This document shows positions 23,764 through 35,886 of a DNA stretch of 64,000 nucleotides, one piece after another (within the stretch, counting starts at the first letter, position 1; the number at the start of each line of letters is the position of its first letter). The notes beneath the pieces are model-generated. The model searched no databases. It had not been told where the DNA came from and worked only from the letters and a program-made list of their open reading frames with translations. The translations under genes were made by a program, and so were the position numbers. The DNA is from Mizuhopecten yessoensis (lineage: Eukaryota), in contig NW_018480074.1 of the NCBI RefSeq assembly GCF_002113885.1, positions 434,001-498,000 of the forward strand. The letters are read 5' to 3'.

Positions 23764-26700
23764 ATTGACATTCTTCGGTCCTCAATGACTCTATCATAAT
23801 TGGTTAATTCTGAAGGGTTGCAGCATTACTTGGTCGTAAACCATCCCCCGAAATTTGGAAAAAAAGACACTATTATAGCAGTTTGTTCTTAGAGAGCACA
23901 CTCAATCTTTTTATCTTTTTAATGACATCGCATTTCATTGCGAAGATCGTTTGATGTGAGAGGTACTTAATTGGCTAATTAACTGGTATGACCTTGACAA
24001 TCAGTGTGAGTGACTATGATTAATAGAAATGCACTCCAGTGTGTTTACGAGTCGGTGTGTAATTAACAACCTGACATCAAGTATTTAAAATGATCTCATT
24101 TCAATTCAAATCAACTACTTAACAAAATATCTCCCCTGTTTTTATCAAAAAAACAACAACAAAAGAACTGAAAATTTCTCAATAAAACCAAACAATTAGA
24201 TATGATGTCTGATTTATGAAGGAACGTTGTGTGGTTTTTTCCGATAATAAACATTAAACAGTAAAAATGTTTTTAAGCAGCATTCACAATTTTCCCATGA
24301 ATTTAGCCAGGTTTTGCTGTATAGTATTTCCATTGATGGGAGATTTCGTTTACCAACTTCAATGGTAAACTATTGGTCTACATTGTCTATCAGTAGTTTT
24401 ATGTCTATTTCGGTGTGGGTTATGGTAGAATTCTCCCATTTTTATGTGCAATAGGTACAAATGTTGTTGGTTGTAGGTAGGAATTAGGCCACATAAATGC
24501 TGTTATGATTGTAGGTAGGTGGCCACATAAAGGCTGTTATTGCCCTGGGTTAGGGCCGGACCTGTATAGTGTTAGGCAGCCGAGCCCTGTCATCAAACTG
24601 GCGGTCATTTGTCACCTCTAACTACTTGACCAGAAGCTATTTTTGACAGCTTTGCAGGTGTGCACCATGAAACACTTTCATCATTTACAATGTGGGCTTC
24701 TTTCACCTGAAATCGTCCAGCGTGGCCTGTCACTTAAATGTAGCTGATGATGTAAACACAGAGTGGCAAGTGTTATTGATGACAACAGTGCTACTGTGGG
24801 AAGGTTTGACCGATGTGGTCAAATGATTCATATAAACTTCATGTTAGCTATTACAGTAGGTAATACTACAAAGTTTATTTGAGAAAATAAAAGTCTTCTA
24901 CCCAGCTACTTAATTTTTGGCTGTAAACATACAATACCTTAAAAATTAAACATTGTCTCTATTTAAAATATGTTCAGTGGAGCTAATACAAAATGAAGTA
25001 GTAATTTCACTTTATACATGTCTATCAAACAGGCGAAATATACATTTCGCTCTTGTCAGATCTGCTGGGGATTGATTGACACACATAAACTGAAACGCAT
25101 ATTTCTGGTCTTGAGGAGAACCATATGTTTTACCTACTCCATCGTAATGGGTGGTACATAGCAGTGTTTCTAACAGTGTTTTGTTTACACATAAAACCGA
25201 TATAAAATATGCACATTGTGTGAAAATTTTGACAATAAAATATGATTTAATTAAAAAAAATGTTAAAGTGTATAATAATTTTCCCATAAATTATGGAATA
25301 ACAGCTGCCAGGGAATACTTATATTTTAAGTTCACTCACGTATGAGAAAGTTCACATTAATCATGCTGGCACAATGTGTTTAGGTTTGTGAAAAATGCTT
25401 AGATAGCCTTTTTTCCGGTAAACAATGTAACTTAATGATAGAAAGGTTGGGGATGCATGGTAGCATGTTGTTATATATACAGTTGCAGTTTCTAGGGTCT
25501 GTTTTAATTTAATTATGTCGTCTTCCTGTCTGTCTGTCTTAGCTATCTTCTAATTACTAGTAGCCCATTCTGCAGGATAACCTTTCTGTAGGCGGACGAG
25601 AGGTTGTGAGTTTAATACTGGCTGGTCAAGTCATTTATAACGGTATATGTATATATATGTACAATTCAATCATTGACTTAAAAAAAACATGCTTTGTTCC
25701 CTTGCTAATATGTATCTAACAACATTGATGTAATTATAATCAAAAGGAGATGCAATGCATTTCATTGTTTGCTATAAGGTCGTTAAGTTGCCAGTATCTC
25801 GGTTCTTCTGCCCACTGTTGTACACAGAAATTTCAGATTCTACCCACTGTCATTAGTTTTTATGTCAATAGTTACAAGAGTTTTTTCTTTTGAGTTTTAT
25901 TTTCCTAATTGTTTTTTTTATAAAGACACCCATATATGTCAAAAAAAAATTACTCTTTGTCGCAAAAACTTTTGAATTTCCTTGCAATATTGAACCAAAA
26001 AAAGATAACCAAACTTAAAATCTGTATGACATGTGCTTATATATTTGCAGTGTCCTGATTGGTTTCTCAAAATATTATTGATGAATAATTCATTAGATGT
26101 AAATTATATCACAAAGTTTAACTGATAACACTTACACATGCTGTCTATGCTTCAGACATCAAATGCCTGGGTGATTGGAGTTTTGTCTGCCTAAATAAAA
26201 ATAAAGAATGTGTATCATTTCAATGTGAATAGACTTTAAATGCAGCGTGTAGGTAGCTGTTACTAATCACAGGAAAACGATTTTAGTTTTATGGTTGAAA
26301 AATTTTACGACGATAAACAGATTGATCTGGAACTCGTAGATAAGTGAATTTTATATTTCCGAGTTGTCAGTTTGCACACACAGGTTTTAAAATTTGTAAG
26401 ATTGGGATGGTTTGATCGATGAGATTTCAGCACAGTTTGGACAGGTCTGCAGAGATTTATCTCGCAACTTAACATGTTTCGTTCATGGTAATAAGATCAC
26501 GAGATGAATATCTCATCAATATATACACAACATTTTACGTTAATTACAGGTACAACAAGCAGGGCGGGTCTAATTACAAACACTGATGAAAGGATTTTTT
26601 ATTTCTTGTTTTGAAACTACATTGTATAGATTATTGGATACTGTAAAATATGAAATTCATTCGTACATCCACAAGGGCAGATAGCTATAGACTGACCATT

Positions 26701-26877
26701 TAGGAAGGTCATCCCTTAGGTTGGTACTATGATAGCGATAACTCAGGGAATATATAGAGGATATTCAACTGGTGTCTCATATAAATATCATATTTGTCTC
26801 AGGGGTATGACAGAAAGATTTGACATACATATGAAACACACAATATGTTTTTTTCCCCAAAAGATTGCTAGAGACCC

Positions 26878-26968
26878 TTAACTCATTCACCCCTGAAATT
26901 TTACAATGGACTATTCCAACCCTTGAAATGGAAGAGTTCAAATGTGTCTTCAGGGGTGAATGAGTTAA
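26878..26968. mobile_element. 83-bp TTAA-flanked MITE (piggyBac-type target site)
   Basis: TTAA-ctcattcacccctgaa ... ttcaggggtgaatgag-TTAA: perfect 16-bp TIRs plus TTAA at both ends. Confidence 0.85.
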
Positions 26969-27044
26969 AAGATAAAATTGTGTTGAAAATTGATTGGATG
27001 GCACAATTTCACAGAATATCATAATATTATAGTATATAACAGAA

Positions 27045-27388
27045 AATAAAAATACATGTCCTGACCGGGATTTGAACCTTGGACCTCCCAACTCTAGACA
27101 GACGCTCTAATCAATTGAGCTGTCTGGTTGCTGCTGATTGACCAAGTCCAGTTCTGCTATATCTCCTCTCCCTATTTGCCCCTGAAGACGACACTATTTA
27201 CAACCCAGGTTTAGATATGCCCTTGCCAGGCATACACCCAGTACTTGAAACAATGGTTGGTCACAGGCACCTCTGTAACAGGATAGGAAAAATGCCAGAC
27301 AAGACCGGATTCAAACCTGGGACATCAGAACTCTTACCAATTGAGCTACCTTGTCATTTGCGCTTGAATATGTCCAGTTCTGCTACTT
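27045..27388 (-). pseudogene. Tandem pair of degenerate tRNA-like (Pol III type-2) units
   Basis: Minus strand copy A: cagctcaattgattagagc...GGTTCAAATCCC. Copy B: TAGCTCAATTGG...GGTTTGAATCC. Both are preceded by tagcagaactggac and followed by a T5 run; stems are imperfect. Confidence 0.7.
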
Positions 27389-29144
27389 CATCATATCGCA
27401 GAAAATCAAGATGTCCGTATCTTTAAAGGCTAATTTCATGGCATCTGTACTGGCTAGGTATCAGTTCCTAACAGCCACCTGAGCAAGTAACATATTGACC
27501 TCAGAAATCATTTGATTCATCGATATTGGCCAAAATATTCTGTGGTCTGAGGCCATGTTTATGTGTATGAGAGCTTCAATTCTGTATAGTGAGCTTCAAT
27601 TCTGTATAGCGACTGACATTCCTGCCAAATTACATGTGTGTTCAGTAGATATAGAGGTAATAACAGACTAGGCTCGGTGGGCGAGATCAATCTTCTAAAT
27701 AACAACTCTATAAAAAGTATTGAATACATAACGACCGAGGAATTCATTCTCCATTTCTCATACCACTGACTTTCACTATTTGAGGTGAATAATTTGTCGG
27801 CATGCTTCTAAGTTATTCTTAACAAGGAACCAATTTATAAGAATCTGTCTTCATGAGCACTGAAATGAAATTGGATGTATAAGAATTTATCTTTGGTGAA
27901 GATTTTTAAAAGAGAATGGCTATCATGTACCTAGCTCACATATACTTTACTTAATCAAAGTGATCGAGGTGAAAATAGCCTGCAATGACCTATCTTACGA
28001 CCCCAAATGAACGGTGCAGTATTAACATTGTTTACAATCTTGTCCTCGTAAGTTACGAGTTACTCAATGACAGTTGTGTGTGTAGGTTTATTTTTTTAAG
28101 GCCCACGTAGACCTAGGTGTTACCCTTACAAGACTACTTGATGTATTACATCTCCAGGGCAACTGAACCCTTTCAGACCTCCTTTTCAAAAAGAGCTCCG
28201 TTTGACAGGAGTTCAACCAGAAAGCAACATCTTATTTACTAAGACAAGAAAACGGTGACATTAATTACTGAAGTTACTGCGGGCTAGGAGATAAAACAGT
28301 GTTGGGATGTTCTTTACTTTTTTTTTTACTTGAAAGGAATTTCTCCCTTCAGGGTCATGTTGACTATAAGATGAATATCTCCTGTGGTTTTGTTTTATTC
28401 ATGTTATAAAGTAGAATTTAAAATATTTTCTTGAAATTAGAACATGGGCGCTGTATGTCGGTTACAGCCAGATGATCTTTGGAATGAAGTACAAACTAAA
28501 ATGAACAACTACTTCAGCCAGAGGTTTAAGTAGTCACGGATGGAAGCACCTAGGCTTTCTCACATACCCACTCTTGTTGTGTAGAGAACGTTTTGGCTAG
28601 GGTATAGTATTTGGCGTACATGTAGGTGTGTATGATTACAGGAAAGGCCGTTGTTCATTGAGACAGTTTATTTTGTCATAAATTTCTATTTGTTATGATG
28701 GTTTGTTTACATTGTAAAACAAACTCCATAACTGAGGTTGTTTAATGTGTATTTTCATAATAGTTCCATAAATATTTCAGATGCTTTATATATATTGAAA
28801 ACTTTATTAAAAAATTACCTGATGGTATATTAATTAATAAAACTCACTGACTGTTGACAGATTTGAACCCTTAGGAGTGGTTTTCTAACCCTCTTTCAAA
28901 CTGACACAACCCTAGCAGATTTCCTATCCTTTCTGTAATGATGGTAAACAGGAACATCATTAAATATTGATCCAGACATCTACAGATGAATTCTCCTTAA
29001 TTGGCCCAATCTGTGTGACAGGATTTGCCTGTTGTCTGTCAGTTTGTTCCTGAGAGCCATTAGATGTTTTAAGCCATATCTGTTGGTGTCTATAGGCAAG
29101 TAAATAATGGCACTGGATATTTACAATCCCATGTTGTCTTTCAG

Positions 29145-29948
29145 CCATGTCTGTGGTCTTTATAGACAGTTATATACTGTTAGACACGATGTGTCTTTAC
29201 AGCCAGGTTATTACTTTTAGACGTGAAATGTCTTTTTAGCCAGGCATTACCTATTAAACATGTGTCTTCATAGCCAGGTATTGACAGTAAGACATGTGTC
29301 TTAATAGCCGGTTATTACCTGTTAGACATGTGTCTTTATAGCCAGGTATTGACAGTTAGACATGTGTCTTTATGGCCAGGTATTACCTGTTAGACATGTG
29401 TCTTTAAAGGCAGGTATTGACAGTTCGACCTGTGTCTTTATAGCCGGATATTACCTGTTAGACATGTGTCATTATAGCCAGGTAGAAATGTGTCTTTATT
29501 GCGGAATATTACCTGTTAGACTTGTGTCTTTATTGCAAGATATTACCTGTTCAACATATGTCTTTATTGCAGGATATTATCTGTTGAACATGTCTTTATA
29601 GCCAGATAATACCTGTTAGACATGTGTCATTATAGCCAGGTATAATCTGTTAGACATGTGTCTTTTTTGACAGGCATTACTTGTTAGAAATGTGTCTTTA
29701 TTGCAGGATATTACCTGTTAGACATGTGTCTTTATTGTGAGATATTACCTGTTCAACATATGTCTTTATTGTGAGATATTATCTGTTGAACATGTGTCTT
29801 TATAGCCAGGTATTAGTTGGACTAACTGTGTCTTTATGGCTACGTATCAACTGCCAGACATGGTGTGTCTTTATGGCTTTGTATAATCTGACAGACATGA
29901 TGTGTCTTTATGACTGCGCATTAACTGACAGACATAATGTGTCTTTAA
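29145..29948. repeat. Diverged minisatellite, ~34-bp unit, ~23 copies
   Basis: Consensus agacatgtgtctttatagccaggtattacctgtt with many substitutions. Confidence 0.92.
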
Positions 29949-31574
29949 AATCACTCTTTTGTCTGTCAGCCATGAGGTGTGTGAGCCAAGTATAAGAGGG
30001 GAAATCGTTAGACTAAGAATCTTCCTGCATGGTTTTGAAAGTGCCAACACTCAGATGCTGGAGGGACTTCCTGAAAAACATATGTTGTGTATAGACAGGC
30101 TGATATATGTGTCCTTATAAATTATTCTTATATTGATCTACACTCTGTTCAGTCCAACAGCTGGTCGACACATTCTCTTTACCAACCTTAACTCAAACTG
30201 GTTATCGGGCCAAAACATACAATTGTATCTTACTACAAAACATTGCTAGTTGCTTTTGTTTGCCTTGCAATGAAACCTCTCAAAAGTCGAAAAAATATTT
30301 TCTTTGTAACTACATTTTTTCTGTGCGAAGTGTTGGTTTGTTAGAATATGTCTGTAGTATTTTATTATGATATTTACTGTTTATGTTATTAATTATTAAA
30401 TGAAGATTATATGTTGATTTGACAGAAAGCTAACAGGTCTTGAGAATATTATTCAGGCCAAGGGACACATACCCCACTGTTTATAAAACACTGCCAAATT
30501 AGTGTCGCTAAAAATAGACTACAAGTACTTTGGTGTCTGGCTCCATGTAGCTAGAGGCAGATATCTCAATCTTTATAAACTGTTTTAATGAGTCTGATTG
30601 ATCGTTAATCTTAAATTGGGAGTAGATACTACCACCCAGATTTTGACATGCAGATATCGATCACCTCATTTTTGAATATGCTTAGCACATGTTTGTGTCA
30701 TGGTACCATGTTTTATTTCTTTTTAACAACATCAACTTGAAAACTTTCATACGCTCTCTCATTGACATAACCTGTTCCACCGTTATAACAAGAACAAGGC
30801 GTTAAATACCGTCGATAAATAACCTTGTCACAAATAGTCCTAACCGGTCCTACAGGATTTGTGGCTGATTTTTAAAATTGTGTAAAATTTGACCTACTTA
30901 TTGAACGATCGGATCAATGAGGTTTGTGGACCTTGATTTGCCGAAGTTGTTTTGTATTTCCAGTTGAACACATTTTGGACTGAATTTCTGATTCAAAGAG
31001 ATAGAATTTATGAATATATATGTCGTCAATTTCACTGATATTTATGTTCTGCTCAGAACCCATTGTCATCATGGACAGCTCATTAACGTAAAAATTTCAT
31101 CAAACATTTCATTCATTTTATAACTAAAAACAGTGTTTACAATGAAATTTGCTAAAATCAGACGAAACAAAAGATTTACTCTTGCTTACAGTTTACAATA
31201 GGAAAGAAATAAAAAAGAAAAGATTTTGTTTTTGTTTGTGTCTTTATCATAACTTGGCATAGACACAGAACAATAAGAAGATGAAGGATTTTTTTTATCT
31301 ATGTCATACCTGACAGACTTGAAACATGATCTAGAAATGTCATGGTTCATTGTGAAGAAAATAGAAGTGTATTATAGAGTCCTAATAGAGCTTTGTTAGG
31401 ACTGGGGCCAACGTTTTATCAGTGCAAGCCATTGGCCTCCAGTATTTCTTACTTATAGAACCAATGGTCTTATCAAGTAAAGTAGGGTTTATATTGTGAG
31501 TTAAGTTGTTCACAGATAATTTCACTGAATCTAAAGTGGTAGTTACCAACGTAAAGAGATCTACTGGGTTTAGG

Positions 31575-31640
31575 AGATGTTTTAACAGGGTGTACTGGAT
31601 TGTGATGTTTTAACAGGGTGTACTGGATTGAGATGTTTTT
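31575..31640. repeat. 28-bp tandem repeat, ~2.4 copies
   Basis: gWgatgttttaacagggtgtactggatt repeated. Confidence 0.85.
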
Positions 31641-32264
31641 AAGGGAAGAGACTATAGCTTAAGAAAAAGTTTTTTGCACATTTTCAGGATTATGAGTTAG
31701 TGGGAGGCTAAATATATGTATAGAGCTCAAGACATAAATGTGTTAGGGGTTGGAGGTGGGAAGGGGAGAGGATTAAGTCGTGTCAGATCTAATCAAGCCA
31801 GGCATTACAGTTCTTATGGTGGAGGGTGGTGCAGAGAGGAGGAGGTATGGGGAAGTAACGGGGGACAGTGGATACAGAATTATTTTTTAGTATTTCAAAT
31901 GTTTGTAATGCTAGCCCTCACTGACTATATCTGTTTGATACCTGATGGAAAGACACAAATCCTATGTAGGAACTGAACATGCTGTCATATAAATTATATT
32001 TTAAGGTGCTTGTTGGCATTATTTCGGAAGCAGGATGCATGTTGTTCTTACATTAATCAGATGTGATTATTAGACTCGGCAGTGCCAGTTGCGCTGTCAG
32101 AGACCTACATTTGTCGGTACGTGGGAAAATGTTGCCTGTGGTATTGTTGAGAATAGTGACCATGTAATTGGTTCGAGGATGTAGGTGTAAAGATGATGTA
32201 ACAATGCTGCGGTATTGGAGGATGAATGTCAGATGTAGGTACACAGAGGTACAGACAGAGTAAA

Positions 32265-32660
32265 ACTAGAATTAAAACGTTAGAAAGGGGTGTAACTGTA
32301 CTTAGTGTAGGGAGGTAGTAGACTTGCTCAAGTCCTCGACAAGAGGCGTAACAATTAGACTTGTTGAAGATGTAGAGAAGGAGTGTAAGCAGATTTGATT
32401 AAGTCATTGTGAAGGGGTGTAACTAGAATTGTTAAAACTTTAATAAAGGAGTGTGATTAGTAAACTTGTGAAAGTTATGGCAGAGGGATGTAGCTAGACT
32501 TGGATCAATTTAAGTCTTGGGGAAGAGGTATAATTACACTAACCACAACTCTAGCCAAAGGGATAAGTTTCAATAGATAGATGGTCGTAATCGAGAATAG
32601 ATATAACTAGACTTGCTCATGTTAAATAAAAGGGGTGTAACTAGCTAGGATTATGCAAGT
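32265..32660. repeat. Highly decayed minisatellite (~38-40-bp period)
   Basis: Recurring aggggtgtaactaga(c/a)ttg-like motif about 8-9 times. Confidence 0.6.
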
Positions 32661-35600
32661 CCTTTTATTGTTAATCATTACTGATAAATATGTATAATTG
32701 TTTATATTTGCTCCTTATACTTGCATTGACTCATGCATAAGAGAAATTATTTAACATTCAATATGGCGGCATGCATATATATTAGACAAATGTACACAGG
32801 TAAATTTGTTTTGTTCTGATAGAATGCAACATTTACCTTCTTAAAATTTCTTGTTCAGGTTCTCAGAAATATTTATTTTGAAAATGAAACAGCTATTCCG
32901 TCTGGGCTATTTGTGAAAAGTACCCTTTATGAACAGAAAAAAACCTCATTCAATGGCATATTTTTTTTAAAATAATATTTTTCGGGATTGTGTTTACTCA
33001 AGTGCTGCACCTATTAGATGACATGGTCAACTCATTGACTTCAATCAAGTGTTTGTTCCAATTCACAATCTGGAGTAAAGTATGATTCATAGTGCACACC
33101 CTAACAGTTTTATAAAGAGCTGCCATTTATGTCCAAGTATGAAATCGGAACTGGTGTCTAATACAGTACAATGCACTTGATTGTGGGGCGTGGGACAATG
33201 GGTGTACACAATGATTACGTACGACCTTCAAGGTCAGGGTGGAGCTTGTTAGGTAGTCAAGGTCAAGGTTGCTTGTTGTGATATAATGTGAGGACTTCAC
33301 AGGCTGGTATACCGAGGACAAGGTACACACTACAGGACATCTAGTGATGAGTCACACTTCATCACCTGCTGATAACCAACTTTATTTTTGACAAGGGTGT
33401 ATACCCAGGTTATCTCGTTAACCTACCCGTCTACAGTTGTGCAGCTGCGACACATTTCCGGGTACATATTTTATATCTTGCACACATGAAAGGTACTGAT
33501 TGGTCAAAGTTTGAGTGGTTACAGGTGAAGGACTCGGTTACTGTCATGTTCTGTCTTGATTGAAGGGAAAACGGTGACATCATTTATGTTTGAACAATGA
33601 GATGATAATTTTTTTACTTACAAATAAGTTTGGACATGTTGCAGAAATGAAATACTGTGTCATTCTTACATTTTCTGAGTCTTTTTTCTTTTTTTCTTTT
33701 CTTAACATCCCTTCTGGTAGAGAACATTTGAATTCCTACAGAAATATTTGGGGGAGGAATTCAAAATATTGACAGAAAAAATTCACCAGTATCAGAAATA
33801 AGACTTCATCTCCTTACTAGTAAAACATGTATTGCAACTTTTGATTGAAACAAGCTCTAATTCACACAAGGTGCTTTTGAAATTATATTTATTAACATGT
33901 TTGTGTATACAATATAGAAATTCTTTGATAAAAAATGGTGTAAGATTTGAATTGATTTGAACTGACTTTAAGAGTGCCATATTTCATATGTACTTAAAGC
34001 AGTTTGTATGTGTGTGATATTAACACTTTTAAAAACTAAACAAGAATTTGGGTCTTACTGACCTCATTTCTGTGGGAACCCATTGTGGAGGCACATGTAC
34101 TTTTGAAATATAATGCACACAACTTCACCGATATAGATGTCCAATAATTGCGTCTTTTCTGACTGCAGACTGATAGACTATTGTCAGTATTTGAGATTAT
34201 TGACAATTATCAAGGTGTTTTAAAATCAATTGTTTATCCTCACTGGAAGCATACCACCAGAGATGTAGCTCAGCAGTGGAGCAATTATGTCAGAAATGTT
34301 GTCCAAAATATTTTGATAATGAAGCTAACAAGCCGCTCTAACCTTTTTATTAGACTCTGGAATGTGGAGAGCGGTGAGGAGCGGGGTTCATGGTAGACAA
34401 TCTAGCGTATCCTCCAACTCCGAACCTCACACATGCATGTTGGCTTTTGTTCAAGTAGAATTACATTACAGAAGGAATTTCATTCTTCTTATGTGCAGAC
34501 AAGTTTTTGTGCGAGACAATCCCTGATCCCCAGTTTTCCTACATCAATAAAAGCATTTGTTTACAGTATTAATGTTCTCTAGTGCATAATTTCTCCTGTC
34601 GGCCATTTTGTCAAGTCGCATTCATCCTGTGCCATTTTTGGTCACCATACCTTTAATCCTTGGCAACTGTCAGCCTTGTCAGTATGTTCGGCAGTGTTTA
34701 TATTGGTTGAGACAAAAACAAACCTGAAAACCTCTGGGGAGGAAAGTGGTCGAGATATTTTTTTTAATGATCGCGGTTGATGGGAGTGTCTGTAAATGAG
34801 ACTTTTCACATTTACAAATGGTTGGCAGTTAGGTTTGAAATACGAAGTTCCAAAGTTACGTAACCGTTCAGGGAGAGTAAAACAGATGCTAAATAATGGC
34901 TCGAAAATGCGGATAGACACTAATAGTGTGTCTGCTGCTCTTCCATGTGAATTTATAAGATCCTCGGTGTATATCGACCTGCCAACATAATTTCACATAC
35001 TTGCTGATTTTCACAAGCATTTCGTTTACACTGATTTTTAAAACTTTTACAGGTTAAAAAATTAATCCTGATTATCTTTCATGGAGAAAGCTAATTTTAC
35101 AAGTTTTTTTTACTGGAGAATTGGAACAATTGCATATTTTGCTATTAAGGTGTTGTTGTTGGACCAAAATTATTTCTGTTTCTGAATGCCAGCTGTTAAA
35201 CCCCATGCTATGTTGTCTTTTATTTGATCAATGTTATTTTGGAATCTAATGGTTATGATTTGCCTGACAAGGATTCCAAAAATTCTGAAGAAAAAAACCC
35301 TGAAACAGCATGACATGGTGAATACATCTAACACATTTTGACGACTTTTGAATCAGATTTGTAAAGGCAAAATGGAGTGAGAGAAATTAATTTAAATTGT
35401 TTCTAAATATACATTGAATAAGAGAGTCAGCTAGATGATGTGTCACATCATGAAACCACGAAATGTGATATGCATTCAAGGAAATATTTATTTAAAGAGA
35501 TCCTGCTTAAGCCTTGCTCATACATGTGTGTCATGTTTTTATTATGGGAGAAAATTATGAGTTAGTAACAGCAATTTTCGGGTCACAAATTTTAATTACA

Positions 35601-35847
35601 GGAGTTATAAAGATGATGGATGCTGGTAAAATTGCTGTCAAGATGTCAGTATAGGTCACAAGGAATGGAAATTGAATAATGATGTGAATTTCAATAGAAT
35701 ATTTAAAATGGCCTACACTGGTTTATCTGAAATATCTGATGGCCAAAAATGGAAATAGGAAATTTTAAATTGTAGCAAATCTATATAAACCTCCCTTCAT
35801 TGGTTTTGTACAGAGGATGTTTGTTTCACTTTCAAATAGCATGTCCA

Positions 35848-35886
35848 CCCCCCCCCCCCCCCCCCCTCCCCTCTCCATCCTCCCCT
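35848..35886. repeat. Poly(C)/C-rich tract
   Basis: Run of ~19 C followed by tcccctctccatcctcccc. Confidence 0.9.

Noticed and set aside
34241-34262. HWKHTTR as a plectin 2-alpha-like (HW) microexon
   Set aside because: No AG acceptor before the CAC codon and no suitable donor.
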